Positions 1-9,339 of a DNA stretch of 64,000 nucleotides are shown here, piece by piece. Source of the DNA: an uncultured Actinomycetota bacterium (GTDB lineage: Bacteria > Actinomycetota > Actinomycetes > JAHEKZ01). The stretch is from positions 145,555-209,554 of the forward strand of contig CAVQYR010000001.1 in NCBI GenBank assembly GCA_963718235.1. The letters run 5' to 3'. The notes below the pieces were generated by a model. It did no database searches. It saw nothing but the letters and a program-made list of their open reading frames with translations, and was not told the origin of the DNA. The stretch's first letter is position 1. Each line of letters starts with the position of its first letter. A program made the position numbers and the translations under genes.

Positions 1-681
1 CCCGGAGTTGTGCCAGATGTTGCGCCAGTTCGACCACAGCCGCTTGTGGTCGACGCAGACCGTCTCCTCGGCGACCTCGACGTCCGGGATGCCGTAGTGC
101 GCCGCGAGGTTGTGCAACGTGCCCATCCAGAAGACGTCTTCCTTGCGCTTGGCCACCGGCCAGGCCATCTCCCACAGCGGGTCGTTGGGACGGATCAGGA
201 TCTTGATCTCGACCCGGGTGCGTTCGTCACGCTCCTCGGCAGAGAACGTGATCATGCCCGCGAACATGTGGCCCTCAGGGGTCATGAAGGTGAACGACTC
301 GTCGTCGGCGTAGAGGACCAGGATCCCCGTAGCCAGCTTGGGGCCATGACTTGCTATGCCGACTTCGATGGGCGCGACGTCGCCCGGTTCGATTCCGGTG
401 AGCGTGTTGTGGAACACACTGCCCGGCGGCCAGTAGTCGCCGAAGTTGACCTTCCAGTCACTCACGAGTGCACGCGCGCCCACGACATTCCCGAGATCGG
501 CCGAGTAGGTGCGCTGCCACAGGCGACCGAACCCCTGCTGGGGACCTGTCACCTTCTTGCCCGTGATGTTGTAGCCGACCGAAGCCTTCTCGTCCGGTGC
601 GGCCAACCGGTCGACCTTGGTCGCCCAGTTGCCGGCGTCGCGCGGGACGACGGGTTCGCTGCTGGGGGCTGGAGTGGTCAT
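1..681 (-). CDS. Conserved hypothetical protein; partial, C-terminus lies beyond the left window edge; possibly DUF1990-like
   Basis: A reverse-strand ORF with an AGGAGA Shine-Dalgarno sequence sits upstream of the ATG whose reverse complement is at 679-681. The translation (MTTPAPSSEPVVPRDAGNWATKVDRLAAP...WMGTLHNLAAHYGIPDV) has protein-like composition with W/Y/N/K usage, whereas the overlapping + strand ORF 10..732 is Arg/Asp/Gly-rich antisense noise. It is not in the ORF track because its stop is off-window. The family assignment is from memory only. Confidence 0.5.
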   Translation of the reverse strand, partial: MTTPAPSSEPVVPRDAGNWATKVDRLAAPDEKASVGYNITGKKVTGPQQGFGRLWQRTYSADLGNVVGARALVSDWKVNFGDYWPPGSVFHNTLTGIEPGDVAPIEVGIASHGPKLATGILVLYADDESFTFMTPEGHMFAGMITFSAEERDERTRVEIKILIRPNDPLWEMAWPVAKRKEDVFWMGTLHNLAAHYGIPDVEVAEETVCVDHKRLWSNWRNIWHNSG

Positions 682-695
682 GTCGGTCTCCTCGC

Positions 696-1046
696 TCACG
701 CCGATGCCAAGGCTGCAGCGGCATCAGGATGAAGGGCGATCGCCTCATCGAGGCGGGTCAGCTCGAAGATCTGCCGGTAGTGGTCGGTGAGCCCGACAGC
801 GGCCAGCTTCTGCTGCTGCCGGTTGGCCCGTACGAGCAGCGTGACGAGCATGCCGATGCCACCACTGTTCATGTAGGTCAGGCCGGTGAAGTCCAGCACG
901 ATGAACCTCGTGCCGGGGGCGCATGCCTCCTCGTAGGCCGACATCAGCACCGGCTCACAGGCTGCGGTGACATCGCCCGCAATCTCGATGACTGCCGTCC
1001 CGTCGACCGGGTGGTGGACCGTCATGGTTACGTCCGGATCAGGCAT
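696..1046 (-). CDS. STAS-domain anti-sigma factor antagonist (SpoIIAA/RsbV-like)
   Basis: A 116-aa protein with a typical STAS core (FIVLDFTGLTYMNSGGIGMLV, a conserved Ser/Thr phosphorylation region, LTDHYRQIFELTRL). It lies in the operon with a PP2C/HATPase protein. Confidence 0.8.
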   Translation of the reverse strand: MPDPDVTMTVHHPVDGTAVIEIAGDVTAACEPVLMSAYEEACAPGTRFIVLDFTGLTYMNSGGIGMLVTLLVRANRQQQKLAAVGLTDHYRQIFELTRLDEAIALHPDAAAALASA

Positions 1047-1064
1047 GGTGTTCCCTTTCGCCGA

Positions 1065-1415
1065 TCATGCGGTCGCGGAGCCGACAGCGGCGTCCACGTC
1101 GGAGAAAACCTGGATGAAGTCCGACAGTCGGGTGATGTCGAAGACGTGTCGGTAGTGCTCGGTGAGACCGGCGGCATGCACCGCGCGACGGTCGGCGCGG
1201 GCTCGCCCCAGCAGACTCACGATCAGGGCGATTCCGGTTGAGTTGATGTAGTCGACGGCGTTGAAGTCGAGGACGACCGTGGTCGGATCGCTCGCGACGG
1301 CAGCGTCATAGGAGCTCGCCAGAGCGGTTGCGGCTTCACGGTCGACCTGTCCGGTCAACACGATCACGACCGTCGACGATGCTGGGTAGGCCGCTACCTC
1401 GTAGCCGGTGATCAT
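1065..1415 (-). CDS. STAS-domain anti-sigma factor antagonist, second paralogue
   Basis: A 116-aa protein with VVLDFNAVDYINSTGIALIV...LTEHYRHVFDITRL. Its start overlaps the stop of the upstream GAF-PP2C-HATPase gene, indicating translational coupling. Confidence 0.8.
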   Translation of the reverse strand: MITGYEVAAYPASSTVVIVLTGQVDREAATALASSYDAAVASDPTTVVLDFNAVDYINSTGIALIVSLLGRARADRRAVHAAGLTEHYRHVFDITRLSDFIQVFSDVDAAVGSATA

Positions 1416-3196
1416 GACGTGCCTCCGTCTGTCTGTGCGGGATCGACCTCAGTGGGATCGACCTGAGTGGGATCGACGTTCAGGACGAGCCGGACGGTGT
1501 GTCGCTCGTCCTTGGTGTGCTCCTCGAGCACGTCGACCATGTTCTCGATCAGGAACAGCCCCCACCCGCGCGGCGTCTGCAGGCCGGCCAGCTTCAGCTC
1601 GAGGTCGGGCAGGTCGGCGACGGCGTCCTCGCGCCGCCCCCCGAGGTCACTGATCTCGACCGCGACGCCGGTCTGGGTGCGCATCACGGCAACATCGACC
1701 GGCAGCTCGGGACGGTTGTGGTTGCCGTGCTCGATCGCATTCATCGCCGCCTCGGCCGAGGCCGTCTTGATCCGCTCCAGGGCGTCTGCGTCGAGTCCGC
1801 ACCCGGCCACCGCCTCTGCGACCTGGGCCAGCACCTGACGCTCGTTGCCGGGCTCGCTGGGGACCGAGAACGTCGCCAGGATCTCCTCACCCGGGGGTGC
1901 CTTGGGCCGGGCTGCGGAGCTTCGCTCCAAGGTGACGATCGTGACGTCGTCCTCTTGCTCGTTCTTGCCGGAGAACTGCTCCAGCGCGGTCACACACGCG
2001 TCGACGAGCTGCGAGCCGCTCGTGGCCGACGCAACCAGGTCGCGCGTGCGATGGAAGCCGAACATCTCGCCCTCGTCGTCGTGCTGCTCGGTGATGCCGT
2101 CGCTGTAGAGGAGCAGCACCTCACCCGGGTCGATCACGTCCTCCAGCTCGTCATAGCGGCTCTCGGGCATCAGCCCGAGCGGCATGCCGGTGGCTCGCAG
2201 CTCACGGACCTCACCGGAGCCGCGCAGGAAGGGAAGGTTGTGACCGGCGTTGGCGAACACGACGGCGCCGGTCTCGAGGTCGACGACGAGCACGAGGCAG
2301 GTGACGAACATGTGGGCCGGGATGTCGGTGCACAGCAGCTCGTTCACCCGCTCGAGCACGGCAGCCGGCGAGACCAGCCGTGGCCCCGCCTCACGGAGCA
2401 GGGCGTGGGTGCTCGCCATCACCAGTGCGGCGGGGACTCCCTTGTCGGTGACATCGCCGGTGACCACCATGATCCGGCCGTCGGGAAGCTCCATCACGTC
2501 GTAGAAGTCGCCACCGACCGTCCGGGCGGGCAGGTAGAAGGCGGACAGGTCCCACCCGGCCAGGTTGGGCAGCGAGCTGGGCAGGAACTGCTGCTGGATC
2601 AGCTGAGCGACCTTGAGCTCCTGCTCGATCCGCTCCCTGCTGCGCGCCTCGGCCTCCTGCTGGCGGACCAGCTGACCCAGGCGCAGCGCTGGGGCGGCGT
2701 ACCGGGCCAGGGTGTCGAGCAGCCGCCGGTCGTCGTGGGAGTAGCCGCGTTCGGACAGTCGCGCACCCAGCGCCAGCAGCCCGACCATCTCACCCGATGC
2801 CACGAGCGGGACCACGAGCTCGACGCCGGCCTCGCGCATCTCGATGACTGCGGGTGAGTCTGCGGGAAGGGTGTCGACGTCGACCGGCCCGGTGGCACCC
2901 TGCAGGAAGGCGAGCACGGGGTCGTTGGGTGCGATGTCGAGCTCGACCCGGGAGGTGCCCGAGGGTGCAGGGTCGCCTTGCGAGCCGCCCTCGGGCGGGC
3001 GCCCCTTGCGACGCCACGACCGTCGCGAGCCGGCAGACCCCCGTACCGCCGGCTCACTCGTCGTCGGGGCGACCGCACGGTCCGGCCCAGACGCTGGTTC
3101 GGTCGCAGCGGGGGCTTCGAGCTCGATCGGACGGACCACAACGCCTCCCGGTGCTGCAGGCCCCGGAGTGTCCGGGGGCTTTCTGGGATCCAGCAT
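1412..3196 (-). CDS. Fused GAF - PP2C (SpoIIE/RsbU-type) phosphatase - HATPase_c (RsbW-like anti-sigma kinase) partner-switching protein
   Basis: The ORF-track translation shows a GAF-like segment (VLAFLQG...LVVPLVASGEMVGLLALG), a PP2C motif (GGDFYDV...VTGDVTDKGVPAAL...DGITE) and a C-terminal HATPase_c with NAIEHGN and a glycine-rich lid. The N-terminal about 100 aa are low-complexity, so the true start may be internal. Confidence 0.75.
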   Translation of the reverse strand: MLDPRKPPDTPGPAAPGGVVVRPIELEAPAATEPASGPDRAVAPTTSEPAVRGSAGSRRSWRRKGRPPEGGSQGDPAPSGTSRVELDIAPNDPVLAFLQGATGPVDVDTLPADSPAVIEMREAGVELVVPLVASGEMVGLLALGARLSERGYSHDDRRLLDTLARYAAPALRLGQLVRQQEAEARSRERIEQELKVAQLIQQQFLPSSLPNLAGWDLSAFYLPARTVGGDFYDVMELPDGRIMVVTGDVTDKGVPAALVMASTHALLREAGPRLVSPAAVLERVNELLCTDIPAHMFVTCLVLVVDLETGAVVFANAGHNLPFLRGSGEVRELRATGMPLGLMPESRYDELEDVIDPGEVLLLYSDGITEQHDDEGEMFGFHRTRDLVASATSGSQLVDACVTALEQFSGKNEQEDDVTIVTLERSSAARPKAPPGEEILATFSVPSEPGNERQVLAQVAEAVAGCGLDADALERIKTASAEAAMNAIEHGNHNRPELPVDVAVMRTQTGVAVEISDLGGRREDAVADLPDLELKLAGLQTPRGWGLFLIENMVDVLEEHTKDERHTVRLVLNVDPTQVDPTEVDPAQTDGGTS

Positions 3197-3286
3197 CTCG
3201 GGCTCCGCGTTCCGGGAACGTTACGAGGACGGCGTATTGCCGATGATCTGGGACGTTAGCGGCCGGAAGGGCGTTACGGTGCCGAC

Positions 3287-6049
3287 GTGGAAGAACTCGT
3301 GGTGCAGCTCTTCGGTGCACCCCAGGTGACCAGGGACGGCGTGCAGGTCACCTTCGACACCCGCAAGGCCGTGGCTCTCCTGGCCTACCTCGCGGTGACC
3401 GGACGGCCCCAGCGACGAGAGAGCCTGGCTGCGCTGCTGTGGCCGGAGTCCGACCAGACCCGGGCCCGGGCCGCGTTGCGACGCACCCTCTCGGTCTCGG
3501 GGGCGGTGGGTCCAGCCCTGGTCGTGGGTCGGGGCGACATCGCCCTCGACCCGTCGCTGACCCGCAGTGACGTCTCGGAGTTCCTCCGACTGGCTGCCAG
3601 TGACGACCCCCTCGACTGGCAACGCGCCGTCGACCTGGCCCCCGAGTCGCTCCTGGCCGGGTTCACCCTGCGCGACAGTCCTGCCTTCGACGACTGGCTG
3701 GCCACGACATCGGACCTCATGCGGGACCGGCTCACCGGGCTGCTCGCCCGCCTGGTGGCCGCCCACACCGACGTCAGGCGCTTCGACGATGCTCTGGCGG
3801 CGGCCCACCAGTGGGCCACCCTCGACCCGCTCAGCGAGCCGGCCCAGCGTGAGGTCATGCGCCTGCTCGTGTGGAACGGACAGCGTCCAGCCGCGCTGCG
3901 GCAGTACCGGACCTGCGTTCGGAACCTGGACCGGGAGCTCGGCGTCGCGCCGTTGCCGGAGACCACCGAGCTCTACGACGACATCCGGGCCAACCGCCTG
4001 CCGGCACCCGACGTCGTCGGGTCGGTGACTGAAGCGGATGGACCGAACCGGGGCACGGGCGCGACCACCGCGGCTGACCAGCGCTCCGGGTCGTTGACCA
4101 CTGCAGGCGCAGGACCGCCGGTACCCCCGCTGGTCGGCCGCGCCGCCGAGCTCGCCGAGCTCGACCGACGGTGGCGCTCGTCAGCCCAGGTGCCGACCGC
4201 GTGCGCCGTCGTGGGTGCACCCGGCCTCGGGCGCACCGCCCTGGTCGCGTCCCTCGAGGCCTCGGTCTCGTCGGCTGGAGGCGGCGTCGTCTCCATCCGG
4301 GGGCATGCCGGTGAGGCGGACCTCGCGTTTGCCGCCGTGGTCGATCTCGTCCGTGCTCTCGCGGCTCGCAACCCGGCAGTGGCCGAGCCACTGGCAGCGG
4401 TCGGGCAGCCGGTTGAGACACCGGGAGCACTCGTCCGGCTGTTCGAGCAGGTCCGGGACGCCGTCACGGTCGCGCTGGCCGGCCCGGTGCCCGGCCTGCT
4501 CGTCGTCGACGATGCGCACTGGCTGGACCCGACGTCGGCCGATCTGCTCGCATACCTGGTGCGTCGTCCCCCGCCGGGGGTGCTCACCGTGGTCACGTGG
4601 CGAAGCGACGTACCGGCTCCGGTCTCGTCGATCGACGCGGCCGGCCTGGTCGCCCTGAAACCCTGGACCGTCGACGAGGTGGCCGAGGTCCTCGCTCACC
4701 TCGAACTGGCGAACCTGGACGCCTCGGTGGCCCACCACCGAACGCTCGGTGTCCCCAGGCTGGTCGTCGAGTACGCCCTGGCGGCCGACGGCGGGGTCCC
4801 GGGCCACGAGGCACAGCTGCGCGAGCTCGTGGTCTCGCGCCTCGATGCCGCGCCGGCAGCCACCCGTCAGCTGCTGGGTACTGCGGCCGTCCTCGGCTCG
4901 GTGAGCGATCCTGAGCTGCTGAGGCAGACCAGCGGACGCGACGAGAGCGAGGTCGTGGACGCCATCGAGGACGCGGTCGAGCGACGGCTCCTCGTCGAAG
5001 ACGGGCAGCGGGGGGGGTACGACGTTCCCTATGACGCCTTGCGCGACCTGGTCCTGGAGCGGGTGAGCCTGGCTCGTCGACGACTGCTGCACAGCAGAGC
5101 GGCCGATGTCCTGGCGCGTCGACACAGCACCGAGAGCCGAGGCGCGTCCGCAGCGATGGTGGCCCGCCACCTGGCAGCGGCGGGACGTGACGACGAGGCA
5201 GCCCGTTGGTACTGGACGGCGGCCGTCGACTCAGGGACCCTCTACGCCTACCAGGAGATGCTCGAACATCTACGAGCCGCCCTCGCACTCGGGTACGACC
5301 CCGCGACCACACACGCTGCGACCGGTGATGCACTCATCCGTCTCGGGCGTTACCACGACGCGCTCGTCGCGTACGAGCAAGCAGCCGCGGCCGTCGATCC
5401 CTCGGACGCCCGGTCCCTCGCGGTGCTCGAGCACAAGCTGGCGGAGGTGCATGACCGACTGGGTGACTGGGCGGTGGCGCAGGCTCACCTGGAGAGTGCC
5501 AGTGAGCTGCTGGCCGGTGACGACGACCTCCCGAGGAGGGCCCAGGTCTGCGCAGACCTGGCACTGGTCGAGTACCGGCAAGGCGACGCAGCGGCAGCTG
5601 AGTCCGACGCGGCGCGGGCCCTCGAGCTGGCCGAGCGAAGTGACGACAGCTCAGCCCTGGCACAGGCGCACAACGTGCTCGGGGTGCTCGCTGCGGCCAA
5701 GGGTGAGCTGACCGCCGCGCAGGCCCATCTCACGAGCAGTCGCAACCACGCGCAGAGCGCGGCCGACGTCGGGCTGACCGTCGCGGCCATGAACAACCAG
5801 GCCCGGGTCCTCGAGGAGTCCGGGAACATCGACGAGGCGCTGGTCGAGGCGCAGGCTGCGCTGGCGCTGGGGGTCCAGCACGGGGACCGCCACCGTGAGG
5901 CGGCGCTGCACGACCACGTGGCCGACCTGCTCCATCGCGCCGGGCGCGACTCCGAGGCCATGGAGCACCTCAAGGCGGCAGCGGCCGCCTTCGCCGACGT
6001 CGATGACTCCAGCGTGCGTCCCGACGTCTGGAAGCTCGTCGCCTGGTGA
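3287..6049 (+). CDS. SARP-family (AfsR/DnrI-like) transcriptional regulator with BTAD, NB-ARC/AAA ATPase and C-terminal TPR repeats
   Basis: A 920-aa ORF. It has an N-terminal OmpR-type winged helix plus a bacterial transcriptional activation domain (RKAVALLAYLAV...REVMRLLVWNGQRPAALRQYRTCVRNLDRELGVAPLPETTELY), a P-loop region (VVGAPGLGRTAL) and TPR-like repeats toward the C-terminus. It is divergent from the partner-switching operon. Confidence 0.8.
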   Translation: MEELVVQLFGAPQVTRDGVQVTFDTRKAVALLAYLAVTGRPQRRESLAALLWPESDQTRARAALRRTLSVSGAVGPALVVGRGDIALDPSLTRSDVSEFLRLAASDDPLDWQRAVDLAPESLLAGFTLRDSPAFDDWLATTSDLMRDRLTGLLARLVAAHTDVRRFDDALAAAHQWATLDPLSEPAQREVMRLLVWNGQRPAALRQYRTCVRNLDRELGVAPLPETTELYDDIRANRLPAPDVVGSVTEADGPNRGTGATTAADQRSGSLTTAGAGPPVPPLVGRAAELAELDRRWRSSAQVPTACAVVGAPGLGRTALVASLEASVSSAGGGVVSIRGHAGEADLAFAAVVDLVRALAARNPAVAEPLAAVGQPVETPGALVRLFEQVRDAVTVALAGPVPGLLVVDDAHWLDPTSADLLAYLVRRPPPGVLTVVTWRSDVPAPVSSIDAAGLVALKPWTVDEVAEVLAHLELANLDASVAHHRTLGVPRLVVEYALAADGGVPGHEAQLRELVVSRLDAAPAATRQLLGTAAVLGSVSDPELLRQTSGRDESEVVDAIEDAVERRLLVEDGQRGGYDVPYDALRDLVLERVSLARRRLLHSRAADVLARRHSTESRGASAAMVARHLAAAGRDDEAARWYWTAAVDSGTLYAYQEMLEHLRAALALGYDPATTHAATGDALIRLGRYHDALVAYEQAAAAVDPSDARSLAVLEHKLAEVHDRLGDWAVAQAHLESASELLAGDDDLPRRAQVCADLALVEYRQGDAAAAESDAARALELAERSDDSSALAQAHNVLGVLAAAKGELTAAQAHLTSSRNHAQSAADVGLTVAAMNNQARVLEESGNIDEALVEAQAALALGVQHGDRHREAALHDHVADLLHRAGRDSEAMEHLKAAAAAFADVDDSSVRPDVWKLVAW

Positions 6050-6065
6050 CGCCGCCTCGTCTGAC

Positions 6066-6593
6066 CTAGTCGCGCTCGACCCAGCGGTCGACCGCCCACA
6101 GCACAGCCAGGGCAAGACCTGGGTCGACCCCGTCTGCGACATCGATCGTGTACGAGTCGCGGACCGTCACCCACTTCTGGGTGATACGCACGATCGGGCT
6201 CCCACCCGCGGCGATGTTGTACTCCTTCTCGATGAAGCTCCCCTCGAGCTGCCAGTCATCGCCAGTGTCCATCGTGAGAGACATCTTCGACTTGATGGGC
6301 GAGAACATCTTCGCCTTGAGCGAAGCCAGCTCGGTGTCGTGGGCATCCAGGATCGCCATCTTCTTCGGAACGCCGAGCAGCTGCCCTCGCACCCGGTAGG
6401 CGACCTCGTCGGTCGCGTTCTTGATGTCGGCCTTCGGCCGGGTGCCCATCTTCCCGTCGATGAAGTACGCCTGCTCACCCTGGAGGTCGGTGACCGCGAA
6501 GTCCCGACCTGCGCCGAACTTGCTCTTGACGACGTACCGGGACCAACCGGCAGGAGCGGCGTCCACCACATTCTCCTCGCTCTCGGGGGTCAA
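6066..6593 (-). CDS. LURP-one-related (tubby C-terminal-like, DUF567) family protein
   Basis: A 175-aa protein. Its composition and motifs (YVVKSKFGAGRDFAVTDLQGEQAYFIDGK...YRVRGQLL...MSLTMDTGDDWQLEGSF...YNIA) match the LOR/YxjI fold as I recall it. Confidence 0.55.
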   Translation of the reverse strand: MTPESEENVVDAAPAGWSRYVVKSKFGAGRDFAVTDLQGEQAYFIDGKMGTRPKADIKNATDEVAYRVRGQLLGVPKKMAILDAHDTELASLKAKMFSPIKSKMSLTMDTGDDWQLEGSFIEKEYNIAAGGSPIVRITQKWVTVRDSYTIDVADGVDPGLALAVLWAVDRWVERD

Positions 6594-6604
6594 CCCGCTC
6601 GACG

Positions 6605-7861
6605 CTACCGGTGCTCTCTCTGCTGCGCCGCCTCGAGGGCGATGTCACGGCGGTACTGCGACCCGGCCAGCCCGATCGCGGAGACCGCCTCGTAGGCGCG
6701 CAGCCGCGCCTGACCCAACGACTCCCCTCGAGCCGTGACTGCGAGGACCCGCCCCCCGGCACTCACGACGTCGTCGCCGTCACGCCGGGTCCCGGCGTGC
6801 AGGACGTCGACGTGCTCGAGCGCCGCAGCCGTCTCGAGCCCGGTGACCGGGTCGCCGTTGCGCGGCGCCTGCGGGTAGCCCTTGGCCGCGACCACGACCG
6901 TGCATGCGAAGCCGGCGCTCCACCGAAGGGCAGGCAACTCCCCCAGCCGACCGCGGGCTGCGGCGTCCAGCACCGACCCGAGGGGTGTCTCGAGCAGGGC
7001 CAGCACGGCCTCGGTCTCCGGGTCGCCGAACCGGGCGTTGAACTCCACGACGCGCGGCCCAAATGACGTCATCGCCAGGCCGACGTACAGGAGCCCGGCG
7101 AAGGGGGTGCCTCGGCGGCGCATCTCCTCCAGCGTGGGACCCACGACCGACTTCATGACGTCGTCGACCAGCGTGGGCGCCGCCCATGGCAACGGCGTGT
7201 AGGCGCCCATGCCACCGGTGTTGGGTCCGGTGTCCCCGTCGCCGAGCCGCTTGAAGTCCTGGGCCGGGAGCAGCGGGACACCGACCTCGCCATCGGTCAC
7301 CACGAACAGCGACACCTCCGGGCCGTCGAGGAACTCCTCGATCACCACCCGTCCGCACTCGGCCGCATGGGTCTCGGCCTCGCCGCGGGACGTCGTCACC
7401 ACGACACCCTTGCCTGCCGCCAGCCCGTCGTCCTTCACGACGTACGGAGGTCCGAACGCGTCCAGGGCCGCGGCCACCTGCTCGGGTGACTGGCACACCC
7501 GCGCCGCAGCGGTCGGCACTCCCGCGGCGGTCATGACCTCCTTGGCGAACGCCTTGGAGCCCTCGAGCTGGGCGGCCGCCCTCGACGGGCCGAAGCACGC
7601 GATGCCGGCAGCCCGTACGGCGTCAGCCACTCCGGCCACCAGCGGCGCCTCGGGGCCGACGACCACGAGGTCGGCGCCCAACGACTCAGCCAGTGCCGCA
7701 ACCGCCGTCGGGTCAGTGGCAACGACCTCGACGTTCGTGGCCAGCGGCGCGGTACCCGCGTTACCGGGTGCGCACCAGATCGCGGCAACCCCGGGGTCGC
7801 GCGACAGGGCCAGGCACAGCGCGTGCTCACGGGCACCCGAACCGACGACCAGGACCTTCAC
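6605..7861 (-). CDS. purD: Phosphoribosylamine--glycine ligase
   Basis: MKVLVVGSGAREHAL...GPEAPLVAGVADAVRAAGIACFGPS...ATP-grasp...AKGYP. Full-length at 418 aa. Confidence 0.95.
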   Translation of the reverse strand: MKVLVVGSGAREHALCLALSRDPGVAAIWCAPGNAGTAPLATNVEVVATDPTAVAALAESLGADLVVVGPEAPLVAGVADAVRAAGIACFGPSRAAAQLEGSKAFAKEVMTAAGVPTAAARVCQSPEQVAAALDAFGPPYVVKDDGLAAGKGVVVTTSRGEAETHAAECGRVVIEEFLDGPEVSLFVVTDGEVGVPLLPAQDFKRLGDGDTGPNTGGMGAYTPLPWAAPTLVDDVMKSVVGPTLEEMRRRGTPFAGLLYVGLAMTSFGPRVVEFNARFGDPETEAVLALLETPLGSVLDAAARGRLGELPALRWSAGFACTVVVAAKGYPQAPRNGDPVTGLETAAALEHVDVLHAGTRRDGDDVVSAGGRVLAVTARGESLGQARLRAYEAVSAIGLAGSQYRRDIALEAAQQREHR

Positions 7862-7903
7862 GGTGGCGAGGCTACCGATCCGGACGCCGGGTCTGCAGCG
7901 ACC

Positions 7904-9265
7904 TCAGCCGGTGTAGTACGGAGCAAGCACGGTGAAGGCGTCGTCGAGCAGGGACAACCCCTCCTTGGCCTCCGCCTCGCTGACCGTGCACGGCGGGACG
8001 ACGTGCAGCCGGTTGTAGTTCACGAAGGGCATGAGACCCCGTTGCCGGCACGCAGCCACGAGGTCCGCCATCGGCTTGTTCGCCTCGCCCGCGGCGTTGT
8101 AGGGCACGAGCATCTCGCGCGTGGCCCGACTCCTGACCAGGTCGAGTGCCCAGAAGACACCCATGCCGCGGACCTCACCGATCACCGGATGCCGCTCCGC
8201 AAGATCGCGCAGCCCGGGCCCCAGCACGTCCTCTCCGATCTGCTTGGCGTTCTCGACGATGCCCTCGTCCTGCATGGCCGTGAGCGTGGCCACGATCGAG
8301 GCGGCGGCCAACGGGTGGCCGGAGTAGGTGAGTCCACCGGGGAAGACCCGCTCGTCGAACGTGGCCGCGATCTCGTCGCTGATGATGACTCCGCCTACCG
8401 GCACGTAGCCGGAGTTCACGCCCTTGGCGAAGGTGATCAGGTCGGGCTCCACGCCGAAGTGGTCGAACGCGAACCAGTCGCCGGTGCGTCCGAACCCGCA
8501 CATCACCTCGTCGGCGATGTAGACGATCCCGTACTTGGTGCACAGCTCCCGGACGCCGGCCAGGTAGTGCGCCGGGGGGATCAGCACACCCGCGGTGCCG
8601 ACCACCGTCTCGAGCACGAGTGCGGCGATGGTCTGGGGGCCCTCGAACTGGATGACCGCCTCGAGGTGCTGCAACGCGCGGTCGGCCTCCTGCACGTCGT
8701 CCTCGGACCAGAAAGGCGAGCGGTAGGGGTAGGGACCGAAGAAGTGCACGATCCCGGCGATGCCGGTCTCGTTCGGCCAGCGGCGAGGGTCACCGGTCAG
8801 TGTCACCGCCGTGGCCGTGTTGCCGTGGTAGCTGCGGTACGCCGAGAGCACCTTGTGCCGCCCGGTGTGGAGTCTTGCCATACGGACGGCGTTCTCGTTG
8901 GCGTCGGCGCCGCCGTTGGTGAAGAACACCTTGCCGTGACCAGCCGGTGCGAGCGACGTGACCAGACGAGCGGCCTCACTGCGCACGTCGTTGGCGTGCT
9001 GGGGCGCGATCGTGGCGATCCGGCCGGCCTGCTCCTGGATCGCGGCGACGACCTTGGGGTGCTGGTGGCCGATGTTGGTGTTGACCAGCTGCGAGGAGAA
9101 GTCGAGGTAGCGCTTGCCCTCGTAGTCCCAGAAGTAGCTGCCCTCGGCCGCAGCGATGGGCAACGGCTTGATCAGCCCCTGGGCCGACCAGGAGTGGAAG
9201 ACGTGGGCGCGGTCGAGGTCGTAGACCTCCTGGCCACGCGCGGGGTCGGGAGCGGGAACGGTCAT
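7904..9265 (-). CDS. Class III (omega) aminotransferase, PLP-dependent
   Basis: A 453-aa protein with the aminotransferase class III signature (FTNGGADANENAVRMAR...YIADEVMCGFGRTGDWFA...FAKGVNSGYVPVGG). Confidence 0.85.
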   Translation of the reverse strand: MTVPAPDPARGQEVYDLDRAHVFHSWSAQGLIKPLPIAAAEGSYFWDYEGKRYLDFSSQLVNTNIGHQHPKVVAAIQEQAGRIATIAPQHANDVRSEAARLVTSLAPAGHGKVFFTNGGADANENAVRMARLHTGRHKVLSAYRSYHGNTATAVTLTGDPRRWPNETGIAGIVHFFGPYPYRSPFWSEDDVQEADRALQHLEAVIQFEGPQTIAALVLETVVGTAGVLIPPAHYLAGVRELCTKYGIVYIADEVMCGFGRTGDWFAFDHFGVEPDLITFAKGVNSGYVPVGGVIISDEIAATFDERVFPGGLTYSGHPLAAASIVATLTAMQDEGIVENAKQIGEDVLGPGLRDLAERHPVIGEVRGMGVFWALDLVRSRATREMLVPYNAAGEANKPMADLVAACRQRGLMPFVNYNRLHVVPPCTVSEAEAKEGLSLLDDAFTVLAPYYTG

Positions 9266-9339
9266 GGTCGGACTCCTCGAACGGGTCAGCAGTCAGCCCA
9301 GCCTACGGAGCCGGCGCCGAACCGGGTAGGGCCAGGGGC

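Noticed and set aside
10-732. A 240-aa + strand ORF at the left edge.
   Set aside because: It is antisense to a better-supported reverse-strand gene with a ribosome-binding site and protein-like composition. It is Arg/Asp/Gly/Val-rich, which is typical of out-of-frame GC-rich noise.
1499-2857. A 452-aa + strand ORF.
   Set aside because: It lies entirely antisense to the GAF-PP2C-HATPase gene, whose motifs are unambiguous.
4181-5333. Long reverse-strand ORFs (329 and 246 aa) inside the SARP gene.
   Set aside because: They are antisense to the 920-aa SARP/NB-ARC/TPR ORF and are extremely Arg/Pro/Gly-rich.
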